In this document: positions 28,846-37,489 of the stretch, piece by piece
Position numbering within the stretch: the stretch's first letter is position 1
Layout: each line of letters opens with the position of its first letter
DNA from: an uncultured Nitrospiraceae bacterium
GTDB taxonomy: Bacteria; Nitrospirota; Nitrospiria; Nitrospirales; Nitrospiraceae
Assembly (NCBI GenBank): GCA_963720035.1
Contig: CAVREB010000016.1
Coordinates: 87,756 to 151,755, forward strand
Length of the DNA: 64,000 nucleotides
Reading direction: 5' to 3'
Notes under the pieces: generated by a model
The model's database searches: none
Told to the model about the DNA's origin: nothing
What the model saw: the letters and a program-made list of their open reading frames with translations, nothing else
Translations under genes and position numbers: made by a program

Positions 28846-28949
28846 CCTGCCCACACTGTGACGGCCTTGTGGTCCATGAGTACCTGCTCGATACTCGGGA
28901 AGGCCTTGTCTGTCTGATAAATGAAAAAGGTGGCGGATGTCGCTTGTAG
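28842..28949 (+). CDS. mini Zn-ribbon-like protein (35 aa)
   Basis: ATGA overlap with the upstream stop. The N-terminus of MTCPHCDGLVVHEYLLDTREGLVCLINEKGGGCRL is paralogous to the 35652 protein (MTCERCGGL). Confidence 0.4.
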   Translation: MTCPHCDGLVVHEYLLDTREGLVCLINEKGGGCRL

Positions 28950-29230
28950 AACTGGTCGTTCACACAGCTCGTGAGGTGCCATCCGATCTGAGGAGAGAGA
29001 CGTTCATCGCCCCGACACTGCTCCCCGTCTGTTGTGTCTGTGGATTTATTCGAGACGAGACGGGATTTCGTCCTAGTCACGAGCGCTGGGTGACCCCGCG
29101 GACGTATCGACAGACGTATGGCGTGAACCCGGCCGATTTCCCTCTCACGCACACCTACTGTCTGAAATGTTTCACGAAGGCCCAGGAGACGGTGAAGCAG
29201 TACTTCCGGGAGATCGGAACGGCGGCATGA
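28937..29230 (+). CDS. Cys-rich small protein with CCVCGxIRDE...THxYCxxC motif
   Basis: The start overlaps the previous ORF by 13 nt. LLPVCCVCGFIRDETGFRPSHERWVTPRTYRQTYGVNPADFPLTHTYCLKCF. Confidence 0.55.
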   Translation: MSLVELVVHTAREVPSDLRRETFIAPTLLPVCCVCGFIRDETGFRPSHERWVTPRTYRQTYGVNPADFPLTHTYCLKCFTKAQETVKQYFREIGTAA

Positions 29231-29309
29231 CCTTGCTCGCCGGCTTAGTAAAGATCGATTCCTCTTCCCCCGCCCTGACCGACGTATTGTATTAGAGGAG
29301 TTCTATATT

Positions 29310-30083
29310 ATGGCAAGTATGCGAAACTCGCAGTTCAATCCCCAGACGTTCCTCACCAAAGCCGGCAATGGTAATAAGAGTGTGACGGCCCATAACAAGC
29401 AGATTCTCTTTTCGCAAGGGGATGCGGCGGAGGCCGTGTTCTATATCCAGGCGGGCAAGGTCAAGCTGACCGTGGTCTCGCCGCAGGGCAAAGAAGCCGT
29501 CGTCGCGATGCTGGAGCCGGGCGCCTTTTTCGGGGAAGGGTGTCTCGCTTCGCAGCTGATGTGTATGACCACGGCAACGGCCATGGAAGACTCCACTCTC
29601 GTCCGCATTGACAAACAGGCGATGATCCGTGCGCTCCAAGACGACCCCACTTTCTCGGCGCTATTCCTCACGTATCTCCTGGCTCGCAACATTCGCATCC
29701 AAGCGGACTTGGTGGATCAACTCTTTAATTCCAGCGAGAAGCGGCTGGCGCGGATACTGCTGTTAATGGCCCACTTCGGGAAGGAAGGCAAGCCGGAGAC
29801 GGTCATTCCGAAGATCAGCCAGGAAACGCTCGCCGAGATGATCGGCACCACGCGCTCCCGCGTCAGTTTCTTCATGAATAGGTTCCGCAAGCTGGGCTTC
29901 ATACACTATGACGACGGGTTACACGTGCACAGTTCCCTCCTCAATATCGTTCTCCACGACGAAGCTCCCCCATCCGTTTCCACTGCAGAGGTTCAGCGGG
30001 GCCAAGCCAGGCAGCGTCGAGCAGTGCGACCGGTTCAACCCTTCACCACTGAGCAAGTTTTGATCAGCCTCCTCCCCCTCTAG
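29310..30083 (+). CDS. Crp/Fnr-family transcriptional regulator
   Basis: cNMP-binding fold (LFSQGDAAEAVFYIQAGKVKL; FFGEGCL) and HTH SQETLAEMIGTTRSRVSFFMNRFRKLG. Has a ~40-aa C-terminal tail. Confidence 0.85.
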   Translation: MASMRNSQFNPQTFLTKAGNGNKSVTAHNKQILFSQGDAAEAVFYIQAGKVKLTVVSPQGKEAVVAMLEPGAFFGEGCLASQLMCMTTATAMEDSTLVRIDKQAMIRALQDDPTFSALFLTYLLARNIRIQADLVDQLFNSSEKRLARILLLMAHFGKEGKPETVIPKISQETLAEMIGTTRSRVSFFMNRFRKLGFIHYDDGLHVHSSLLNIVLHDEAPPSVSTAEVQRGQARQRRAVRPVQPFTTEQVLISLLPL

Positions 30084-31010
30084 AGGCATAGTATTGAACT
30101 CGTAACCCGCCATCAGACTAACTGTCACGGCTAGCGTTCTGATATTTACCACTTGTCGGTTGAGATCGGCCGGTTAATCACCCGGCCGCAAGAAGACGGG
30201 TGCCGGGTCATCGAACCAGTCATTGAAAGGAGGGATCAGGTGCTACGTCGGAACATCTTCCAAGCAGGGGTCGTATCCTGTTCCCTCAGACATGCGGACC
30301 ATTGGATTTTGATTTCCAACTGGCTGACATCGGATTTCCCCAACCTGCTAGCACTTGGTACTTTTCGAAGGGACACCTCCAGATCATTGCTTGCCGGATA
30401 CGCTTTCCCGGCTGGCCTGACATATTGAGCAGTCTCGTCTTCCTACGCATCACCCACGGGCGACCATCTGCGACGGTCACCAGTGCTGTTTTTCGCCAAG
30501 ATGCTCATCCTGTCTTTGCTTCATTCTGCGCCAGAGTCTGTGTGAGACTGGCACGGGGTATGCTCGTGCTTACCTGAGAAAATTTAGATCTGCGCCCGTT
30601 GACTTATTCTGTTGAAGAGGAGTAAGGATAAAACTGTTCGCACACTAGTTTATGTATAGCGGGAAGACAAAGTGTGCGACTGTCCGCATAATAATCCCCC
30701 GGATCACTCCGAACCAAGGAGGAGGTGGAAATGACAGACCTTAGTCCACCGGGCCACAACGGCCCGTCGAGTCACGGGCGGGCTTCTCGTCAGTCACGCT
30801 AGCCGGTTCTCCATCGGCTCTCGCCTTGCCGCGTAAGGCAGCATATATACCGATGAGCCATGGTGGAGCTTCTGTGGCGGCATGATGAATCAAAGCGGCT
30901 TGCATAGAGTCGCGTGTCCTCTGACGAGTCGTCGTTGACCCCACCCCTCGCACGGGTCCTCATTATTACCAACGCACAATAGAGTAACCTTCGGCGTCCT
31001 AAGCGCCATT

Positions 31011-31058
31011 CACGGGCGACCTCCCACCTTGGTGCAGGGTCGCCCGTGTTGTTTTATT
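31011..31058 (+). terminator. rho-independent terminator with no annotated gene upstream
   Basis: CACGGGCGACC-16 nt loop-GGTCGCCCGTG (11-bp perfect stem) followed by TTGTTTTATT. Confidence 0.65.
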
Positions 31059-31182
31059 CATGAAGGAGCCGAACGATCTCCGGAAGCTGTGAACTGCGCA
31101 GTCGTTGGGGCATCAGGCAGGTGTTGGCGCGCGGAAGGGATTAAGGGCGGACATCTCATGCCATTGAGAGAAGGAGGGGGCC

Positions 31183-31635
31183 ATGCTTGTCCATGAAGTT
31201 ATGTCAACCGGTCTCGTGACGGCCAATAAGACAGATACGGTCCGCTCGGCCGTGATAAAAATGATGAACCGCCACTGTGGTGCCATTCCTGTCGTTGAGG
31301 GGGACGATCGGCTCATTGGGATGGTGACGTTGCGCGATGTCTTGCTGCCGCTGTATCCCAACTATGGCGACTACATTCACGACAATGTGCACAGCCGGGA
31401 CTTTGTCGAGATGGAAGAGGGGTACCCTGAGGCGCTTGGCGGGAAAGTAGAAGAGATCATGAGCCGGAACCCTATGACCGTGGCACCCCACGATCCCGTT
31501 CTGGAAGCCGCCTCTTACATGGGAGTCAAGAACTTCCGCCGAATCCCGGTCGTCGACAAGGGAACGCTTGTCGGGATGGTCAGTATCGGCGACATCAATC
31601 GGGGGTTATTCTTCGAGAAAGGGATGCGGGGGTGA
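31183..31635 (+). CDS. CBS-pair domain protein
   Basis: 150 aa with two CBS repeats (GMVTLRDVLLPLY; GMVSIGDINRGLF). GAAGGAGGGGG RBS. Confidence 0.8.
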   Translation: MLVHEVMSTGLVTANKTDTVRSAVIKMMNRHCGAIPVVEGDDRLIGMVTLRDVLLPLYPNYGDYIHDNVHSRDFVEMEEGYPEALGGKVEEIMSRNPMTVAPHDPVLEAASYMGVKNFRRIPVVDKGTLVGMVSIGDINRGLFFEKGMRG

Positions 31636-31801
31636 GCCCGGCGACCGGCTGAAGCGCTGCAGTTCAGGGGACTGTGTCGAGTTGGGCCTCGTCGCCTGGT
31701 ACAGGCCGCAGGGCTCAGGTCGATCGGAGGCGTTGCTGTCCAGGGAGGTTGAGGCATAGAATAAGCGCATCGAAGGAGTAGCGGCTTCGTTCAGGGAGGC
31801 C

Positions 31802-33082
31802 GTGATGTTCTGGGAAACAAGACAACCGTCGAACCAGCCCGCTCAATACTGTTCGTATTGCGGTCGGCGCGAGGGCGTTGCCCGCAATCTGATTCCCCAC
31901 GCCGTCCCGCACACCTGCGACTCTTGCCAAAGTAAAACCGTCCTGCTCATTTGCGAGGAATGCATTACGGGGTTCTCGGCGTCATTGGCCCAGCACAATG
32001 GTGCTGCCGGTTCAGACATCTTGTCAAACATGGTCGTGCCCAAACCGCCTGAGATCAAGGCGATACTCGATGACTATGTCATCGGCCAGGACCGGGCCAA
32101 GAAAGTCCTCTCGGTCGCGGTGCACAACCACTACAAGCGTATCCTGAATCGGGGCCGGATCCAGAACGTCGAGCTGCAGAAAGGGAACATTCTGATGATC
32201 GGCTCGACTGGGACCGGCAAGACGTTGCTGTCTCAGACCCTGGCTCGGACACTCCACGTTCCCTTCGCCATCGCCGATGCGACGACGCTGACCGAAGCCG
32301 GCTATGTCGGCGAGGATGTCGAGAACGTCGTCTTGAAGCTGTTGCAGAACTGCGACTACGATGTGAAGCGGGCCGAAACCGGCATCATCTATATTGATGA
32401 GATCGACAAGATCACCCGCAAGTCGGAGAGCCCATCCTTGACACGGGACGTGTCGGGTGAGGGCGTGCAACAGGCTCTCCTCAAACTTGTCGAGGGGACT
32501 GTCTGCAGCGTGCCGCCGAAAGGAGGGCGGAAACATCCTGAGCAGGATTACGTGCGGGTGGACACGACCAACATCTTGTTCATCTGCGGCGGGGCGTTTG
32601 TGGGGCTTGACCAAGTCATTACTGATCGAACAACGCGCAAGCGATTAGGGTTCGAAGTGGATCGTCCTGAGTTCGAACTGAATGGCCACACCAGCGTCCT
32701 GCATCAGATTCGGTCCGAGGATTTGATCAAGTTCGGAATGATTCCTGAGTTTGTGGGCAGATTTCCCGTCCTGACGACGCTCTCAGACCTGGATGTTCCT
32801 GCCCTGATCTGCATCCTTACGGAGCCGCGCAACGCGCTCATCAAACAGTACCAAGCCCTGTTCGAAATAGAGGGAGTTGCGCTTCAATTTACTGAGGGGG
32901 CGGTCAAGGCGGTGGCGAGACGAGCGGCGGAGATGAAGATCGGCGCGCGGGCGCTCCGATCAGTTCTTGAGGATGTCATGCTGGATCTGATGTACGACGT
33001 GCCGGCCATCCAAGGCGTGAAATCCATCGTCATTACGGAAGAGGTCATTGCAGGGATCGGGCAACCACAGATCCTCACCTGA
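31802..33082 (+). CDS. clpX: ClpX-type AAA+ unfoldase with expanded Cys-rich N-domain
   Basis: Walker [11 protein letters not shown], Walker [16 protein letters not shown] pore-2 loop, LGF (IGF-loop variant) and sensor-2 GARALR. The N-terminus has three CxxC pairs (CSYC, CDSC, CEEC). Confidence 0.85.
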   Translation: MMFWETRQPSNQPAQYCSYCGRREGVARNLIPHAVPHTCDSCQSKTVLLICEECITGFSASLAQHNGAAGSDILSNMVVPKPPEIKAILDDYVIGQDRAKKVLSVAVHNHYKRILNRGRIQNVELQKGNILMIGSTGTGKTLLSQTLARTLHVPFAIADATTLTEAGYVGEDVENVVLKLLQNCDYDVKRAETGIIYIDEIDKITRKSESPSLTRDVSGEGVQQALLKLVEGTVCSVPPKGGRKHPEQDYVRVDTTNILFICGGAFVGLDQVITDRTTRKRLGFEVDRPEFELNGHTSVLHQIRSEDLIKFGMIPEFVGRFPVLTTLSDLDVPALICILTEPRNALIKQYQALFEIEGVALQFTEGAVKAVARRAAEMKIGARALRSVLEDVMLDLMYDVPAIQGVKSIVITEEVIAGIGQPQILT

Positions 33083-33244
33083 CAGGAGGCTGGAAAGGTC
33101 CGTCTAAGTTCCCTCCGCACGAAGCCACAGACCCGATTCCGCCTCTGTCCCCTGTCTATGAGGGTGACAGGCTCACACATTTTGCCTGGGCAAAGAGGTA
33201 CACCACCCTCTGGTGTGCATGCGCAAGGAGGGGAGGTCCCAAGC

Positions 33245-33412
33245 CTAGGCCGCCTGCTTGGTTCGCGCTTCGCTCACGACGGCCTTGGAGGAGGGGCGGC
33301 GATCGCCGACTCCTGAGATCCGCCTCTTCTCAGACTCGCTCTCTCCTGCCATCGACCAGGCCAGCAGCGAAACGAGCGCACCCATCGTTACGAGACCGAT
33401 GATCTCGACCAT
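33245..33412 (-). CDS. mini membrane peptide (55 aa)
   Basis: GAGGTG RBS. MVEIIGLVTMGALVSLLAWSMAG is followed by a charged tail. Below the ORF-track cutoff. Confidence 0.4.
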   Translation of the reverse strand: MVEIIGLVTMGALVSLLAWSMAGESESEKRRISGVGDRRPSSKAVVSEARTKQAA

Positions 33413-33468
33413 GTGCCACCTCTCTTTCCGTCGAATCCTGGCGTTCGTCGCTCTCGCTGGCCCGTTTC

Positions 33469-33648
33469 CTACGCAGCATATCGACCGCGAGTCGGCATCT
33501 GTCTTGTCGACTCACTCGGTCCTTCCTCGCTGCGACCGGACTGACGGAACGATCCCTTCGTGCCTGAATACAGCAGATCCATGCAGACGAAGAAGACCGC
33601 TACCATTGAGGCAACGCCCGCTACGATTCCCCAATAGACTCCTGACAT
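33469..33648 (-). CDS. mini membrane peptide (59 aa)
   Basis: MSGVYWGIVAGVASMVAVFFVCMDLLY is followed by a charged tail. It lies 54 nt downstream of the 317-aa membrane protein and is below the ORF-track cutoff. Confidence 0.4.
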   Translation of the reverse strand: MSGVYWGIVAGVASMVAVFFVCMDLLYSGTKGSFRQSGRSEEGPSESTRQMPTRGRYAA

Positions 33649-33702
33649 AGATCACTCACTCGCGTGAGCACCCGCGAGTCCTTTCCCCCCACGCATCTAC
33701 GC

Positions 33703-34656
33703 CTACGCCGCAATGCGATACACCCACTTGGCTGCATGGTGCCGCAATTCGGCGAGGGCTTTGGTTTCTCTGCTCCGAGCGGTCAGCGAGAGTCCTCCAA
33801 AGAAGATGGTCGCCAACATGAGACTGGCGGCAATCAAGTAGCCCATTGGCAACTCAGGCCAGGATGCTGGTTCGGTTGGGACAACAGGTGTATCTTCTGG
33901 CAGGGACTCGATGGCCGCCAGCAGGGTCAAGCGATCTGCCAGCGCCTCAGTGCGAACAGCGGCCACCACTAAGCTCGCCAGTTGCTCTTGATTTGCAGCC
34001 CGGACTTCTTCCGATCCTGATTGGGCCTGCGCCACATGCAGAATGGCGGTGCCCAATCGCTCCTGGATCGCGCCAGCACGTTTGCTGTAGTTCTGAATGG
34101 CATCCACGATCCCTCGTCCGAGGGTCGTCTGCCACGTCGACGCGAAATTGTGGTTGAGACTCTGTCCTCTGGCTTCAGTCGTGCGGATCATGCCGGTGTT
34201 GTAATCTGAAAGAGATTGATCAGCCGACAACACTCCACTTCGAATGCCGCGCCGAGTAAAATTCACGATCGCCCGACCCATGACGCCCTGGACGCGGGCC
34301 ATATGGTCGGCTGGGACTGTAGCAGCCTGGTGCATGACGGTTCCGAAGGGACCGCCCGGGAGCGATTGGAACTCCTGGTGAGCGAGTGTCGTCCGGTTCC
34401 ACTCGGACGCGGATTGAGCCATGACGTGATTGGCGCGGCGTTCGAAGATCGCCTGTTCGACAATGGCTTGGCCCAGGGCCGGCTGGAGCATGGTCATTCC
34501 GAGCTGAATGTCGCCTGGTTGTTCAATCGAGATGGGCTGTGGGATGGCTGGCTGAAGTGTGCCGTTCGCAGCGACAAAGAACAACAGTGCGCCGAAGACA
34601 ATTGCACACATGCCGACACCCACGATGATGTCGATGGAATTGTAGCGATACGACAT
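33703..34656 (-). CDS. bitopic membrane protein with internal repeats, unknown family
   Basis: AAGGAGG RBS then ATG 34656. N-terminal TM (IIVGVGMCAIVFGALLFFVA) and C-terminal TM (MGYLIAASLMLATIFFGGL). Three LG(Q/R)(A/G)IV-type repeats (LGQAIVEQAIF, MGRAIVNFTRR, LGRGIVDAIQN). Confidence 0.6.
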   Translation of the reverse strand: MSYRYNSIDIIVGVGMCAIVFGALLFFVAANGTLQPAIPQPISIEQPGDIQLGMTMLQPALGQAIVEQAIFERRANHVMAQSASEWNRTTLAHQEFQSLPGGPFGTVMHQAATVPADHMARVQGVMGRAIVNFTRRGIRSGVLSADQSLSDYNTGMIRTTEARGQSLNHNFASTWQTTLGRGIVDAIQNYSKRAGAIQERLGTAILHVAQAQSGSEEVRAANQEQLASLVVAAVRTEALADRLTLLAAIESLPEDTPVVPTEPASWPELPMGYLIAASLMLATIFFGGLSLTARSRETKALAELRHHAAKWVYRIAA

Positions 34657-34746
34657 AACGACCTCCTTTCGAGATCGGGCAATCAGGCGGGTGGCAGGTG
34701 CACGACCCGACATCTTGCTCGCGTCACTTGGAACGGTTCTGGGTCC

Positions 34747-34944
34747 TTACAGTCGGACCAGTTCTGCCACCTCCAGGTTGAGGTAACCACAAGAAAGAGG
34801 CCACAAGTTGTGCATCTTCGTCCCGGTGTGCGCAGGCACAATGGAAGAGGGCAACTCGGTTCTGTTGTTGGAAAGAGTTCGATTGGGGAGGAGGCCGCAC
34901 CTGCCATGTCCATCCCGTTGGATCTGTGTTCCACGGAGGATCAT
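34747..34944 (-). CDS. small protein B (65 aa), paralogous N-terminus to protein A
   Basis: GGAGGTG RBS 8 nt before ATG 34944. MILRGTQIQRDGHGRCGLL matches MVLRGAQIQPCGQARCGLF of 35984. It has its own sigma70-like promoter. Confidence 0.45.
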   Translation of the reverse strand: MILRGTQIQRDGHGRCGLLPNRTLSNNRTELPSSIVPAHTGTKMHNLWPLSCGYLNLEVAELVRL

Positions 34945-34986
34945 GGCCACCACCTCCAGAATGAGGCAGCTCCTGAATTAGTTTTT

Positions 34987-35015
34987 ACTCTACGCCCCTG
35001 CGATGCACCGGTCAA
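34987..35015 (-). promoter_or_regulatory. sigma70-like promoter for small gene B
   Basis: On the minus strand, TTGACC (35015..35010), a 17-nt spacer, then TAGAGT (34992..34987), ~40 nt upstream of ATG 34944. Confidence 0.5.
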
Positions 35016-35235
35016 GAGCGAGAATGGCAAGGCAGTAGTAGGCTGGAGGCGAATCAGAACAATGAGAAACGATTCCACTTGCTCTCCTCGAACGTGACAA
35101 TTCGTTCGTCGGCTTGGACGTCGATGCACAAGGGACGTCGTCATGGCTCCGATGAAGCAGACCACGCTCCTCGCTTCTGACGCCGTGCTGTGTGCTGCCG
35201 AGAAATCAGTTGAGTCTACGGTTTCAATCAGGTGT

Positions 35236-35267
35236 CGACCCCTGGTTTCAACGGAAACGAGGGGTCG
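35236..35267. other. strong stem-loop (13 of 14 bp stem, 4-nt loop)
   Basis: CGACCCCTGGTTTC-aacg-GAAACGAGGGGTCG. No clear U-tract on either strand. Confidence 0.5.
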
Positions 35268-35418
35268 GTCTTTGCCGATCTACTCGTCATGATCCGACGT
35301 CACTTCGGGGACGCGTTGATCTTGGTGGCCTCCTTCACAGGCGGTTCTATCTTGATGTTCGGCCCTTGAACCTTTGGAAGAATTCCCGCAGAGGTCCCTC
35401 CGTAAGACCAACGTTGGC

Positions 35419-35652
35419 TTAAGACCGAACTGTACCTGCGTGCCGGCCTGGGCTGACTGCGCCGCGCGTGGGTCTCATCCCGCTCGAAGTCATCGGTCCT
35501 ATGGACCCATGCGCTTGCGCGTTCCTATTCGTCATGATGAGCGGATCGGTAATATTTCCACAGATGAGACACTCCCACCCGTCATACTCCCAGGCATGGT
35601 TCCCCTCGAAATGCGCGGCGACACTCAACCCCCCACACCGTTCACAGGTCAT
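35419..35652 (-). CDS. Zn-ribbon protein (77 aa)
   Basis: GGAGG RBS before ATG 35652. MTCERCGGLSVAAHFEGNHAWEYDGWECLICGNITDPLIMTNR has CxxC...CxxC. Confidence 0.5.
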   Translation of the reverse strand: MTCERCGGLSVAAHFEGNHAWEYDGWECLICGNITDPLIMTNRNAQAHGSIGPMTSSGMRPTRGAVSPGRHAGTVRS

Positions 35653-35699
35653 AAGGTCCTCCATCCGGTGTTCGGAACACGTAGGCGTGACATCACGCC

Positions 35700-35984
35700 T
35701 TAGGCCGCCTTAAGATGATCGTGTTCATCGGAACTCTTTTCCAGGTTCTTCACCTCATGATGCTCTTCGCTATCGCAGCCAACGATTTCAGGCCAAGAGA
35801 CATGAGAATCTGCCCAGGTCCCTAGCTCATCAATGTATGAGTCTGCTACCCCGGCGAGGTCAGGTGACGTGAGTCGAAGGGCGCGCCCGTATAACCAGTC
35901 AAAATCGTGAAGAAGAGATTGAGCGGAGAAGAGGCCACACCTGGCTTGGCCACACGGTTGGATCTGTGCTCCACGGAGTACCAT
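35700..35984 (-). CDS. small acidic protein A (94 aa)
   Basis: ATG 35984 (the ORF track extends to GTG 35993). The N-terminal 20 aa are paralogous to protein B and the C-terminal half is D/E/H-rich. It has its own promoter. Confidence 0.45.
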   Translation of the reverse strand: MVLRGAQIQPCGQARCGLFSAQSLLHDFDWLYGRALRLTSPDLAGVADSYIDELGTWADSHVSWPEIVGCDSEEHHEVKNLEKSSDEHDHLKAA

Positions 35985-36028
35985 GGCCAGCACCTGCAGG
36001 AGAAATTGGCATGTCCTGCCAATTTATA

Positions 36029-36057
36029 ATTTTACGCCTCCAGGCGAAACAGGTCAA
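36029..36057 (-). promoter_or_regulatory. sigma70-like promoter for small gene A
   Basis: On the minus strand, TTGACC (36057..36052), a 17-nt spacer, then TAAAAT (36034..36029). The architecture matches the promoter of gene B. Confidence 0.55.
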
Positions 36058-36242
36058 TGCACCTGATCACGAGGCGGAAGTTCCCTCATTGGCATGAAGA
36101 CGGAAGTGGGATTATGAAAATTGGGTGCTCTCACCCTCAGAGAGGAGGTCGCTGATGGAAGACCTCGGTCCACCGGATCTGACCTGGCCAGCCTTATTGA
36201 AGGCCAAGTGCTCGGCTGGACGGCCGGTAGGTTGTCATTTGC

Positions 36243-36779
36243 TTATTCCACAACCCACAGGGTGTAGCCAGACGCATCGCGCAGCAACTGATCCGTGATA
36301 CCTGCACGGAAGAACCGTTTCATCCCGTTCGAGCCGTGACGGCTCACCACGATGGTCCCATAGCCTCCGGTGCGGGCTTCTTCGAGAATATTGCGAGCGA
36401 TATCGTCTTCGTGCCCGAACTTCAGCGTGACACGATCCAGAGGAAATCCGGTCTTCCCGAACAGCTCCAGCGCCTGTACCAAAATCGGGTACTCCGTCAC
36501 GCTTTCCGCGCGGACCCAGTTCTCCTGATCCTGCTGCAACGCTTTGGCCAAGCGAACCTCCGCAGCCGGATCTTCGGATCCGCCATGTTCCAGGAGTTCG
36601 CGCGGCATCGGCTTCAGCACGTGAAACAACGTGACCTGCACATCGCGAGCCTCACGCAGCAGGGTGCCCACATAGCGCAACGCCCGGGCGGAGGGTTCAG
36701 AGTCATCGACGGCAATCAAAATTCGCGAGCGGATACTGTGCCCGCGAGGAACTGTTGTGGCGAAAGTTTGCGACATCAT
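36243..36779 (-). CDS. universal stress protein (UspA family)
   Basis: ILIAVDDSEPSARALRY...GYGTIVVSRHGSNGMKRFFRAGITDQLL (ATP-binding G-2x-G-9x-G(S/T)-like region). Confidence 0.85.
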   Translation of the reverse strand: MMSQTFATTVPRGHSIRSRILIAVDDSEPSARALRYVGTLLREARDVQVTLFHVLKPMPRELLEHGGSEDPAAEVRLAKALQQDQENWVRAESVTEYPILVQALELFGKTGFPLDRVTLKFGHEDDIARNILEEARTGGYGTIVVSRHGSNGMKRFFRAGITDQLLRDASGYTLWVVE

Positions 36780-36782
36780 AAG

Positions 36783-37265
36783 TCACCAGACCTCTGAGGG
36801 TGAACGGTGGAATTCCTCCACCACCGGAAAAACGAGCACGGCAAAGTCCATGTAGCGCATGCGGATCGCGTCCGAATGGGTGCCGGCTTGGAAGACGATC
36901 TCCTCATCCTCCGTGAGCGATTGGTCGACATACACAGGGAGCCCATAGAGGTTGCCGAAGGGCGGCATTGCGCCCAACTCGCAGTCGGGAAACAGGCCCG
37001 TGATCTCATCTTCGGTCGCGAGCCGCACGTGGTGGGTTGCAAAGACAGTTCTCAAGCGGTGGAGATCCACGTTCCAGCTTGCCGGCAGCACCGTCATGAC
37101 AAACCGCTCATGCACCTTCACGATCACGACCTTGGCCATTTCTTTCACCGGGGTATGGAGCGTCTGCGCGATGGCAAGGGCGCGAAAGGCTTCCGGGTGG
37201 GGCAACACGTCATAATGAACTCGTTCATGATCGAGATATGCTTTGAGCCTGCGTGAGATGGGCAT
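36783..37265 (-). CDS. YbaK/ProX-like aminoacyl-tRNA deacylase-domain protein
   Basis: AGGAGG RBS before ATG 37265. 160 aa with MAKVVIVKV...VMTVLPA...GAMPPFGNLYGLPVYVD, typical of the YbaK/EbsC fold. Tentative. Confidence 0.6.
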   Translation of the reverse strand: MPISRRLKAYLDHERVHYDVLPHPEAFRALAIAQTLHTPVKEMAKVVIVKVHERFVMTVLPASWNVDLHRLRTVFATHHVRLATEDEITGLFPDCELGAMPPFGNLYGLPVYVDQSLTEDEEIVFQAGTHSDAIRMRYMDFAVLVFPVVEEFHRSPSEVW

Positions 37266-37489
37266 GGCGGCGCCTCCTGTGGTGGCTGACCTCCTGACGG
37301 AGGTCGCTGCGAAAGTGGGTGGGAAAGGCAGAGGACTGCTTGGTGACGACACGACTGTGGCAGGAACTTCATGATCAAGACTCCGCTGTGATCATGATGG
37401 CTAACCCAATCTTTTTTATTATACGCCGTTTGCAACGTCCAGGTCTTGGAAAAAATCATACGGAAAACATCGACGAAGGTGGGACTCCG

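Noticed and set aside
34216-35097. Long plus-strand ORF (293 aa), together with many similar long ORFs antisense to confident genes (e.g. 536..979, 3164..3781, 45856..46569, 50182..50973, 52556..53344, 54175..54780, 56287..56883, 61502..62320).
   Set aside because: They overlap well-supported genes on the opposite strand. Their composition is Arg/Gly/His/Pro-rich and low-complexity, they carry no recognisable motifs and they have no RBS. These are the typical shadow ORFs of GC-rich DNA.
35236-35267. The strong hairpin considered as an intrinsic terminator for the Zn-ribbon gene.
   Set aside because: No U-tract follows on the minus strand and only a weak one (TCTTTG) on the plus strand. It is kept as a structural element of unknown role rather than called a terminator.
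16135-36150. Identical 16-mer CCTCAGAGAGGAGGTC at 16135..16150 and 36135..36150, each followed by ATGGAA a few nt later.
   Set aside because: A single exact 16-nt match between two sites is roughly what chance predicts for 64 kb on both strands (about 4e9 pairs against 4^16). The flanks show no further similarity. It is probably coincidence of two SD-like sequences.
30731-36300. Micro-ORFs starting M(T/E)DL(S/G)PP at 30731 and 36156; considered as IS5-type transposase N-terminal remnants (DLTxxxWxxLxPLL-like).
   Set aside because: The similarity covers about 8 codons. There are no inverted repeats, no DDE region and no extended homology. The second ORF overlaps the USP gene. The evidence is insufficient to call an IS relic.
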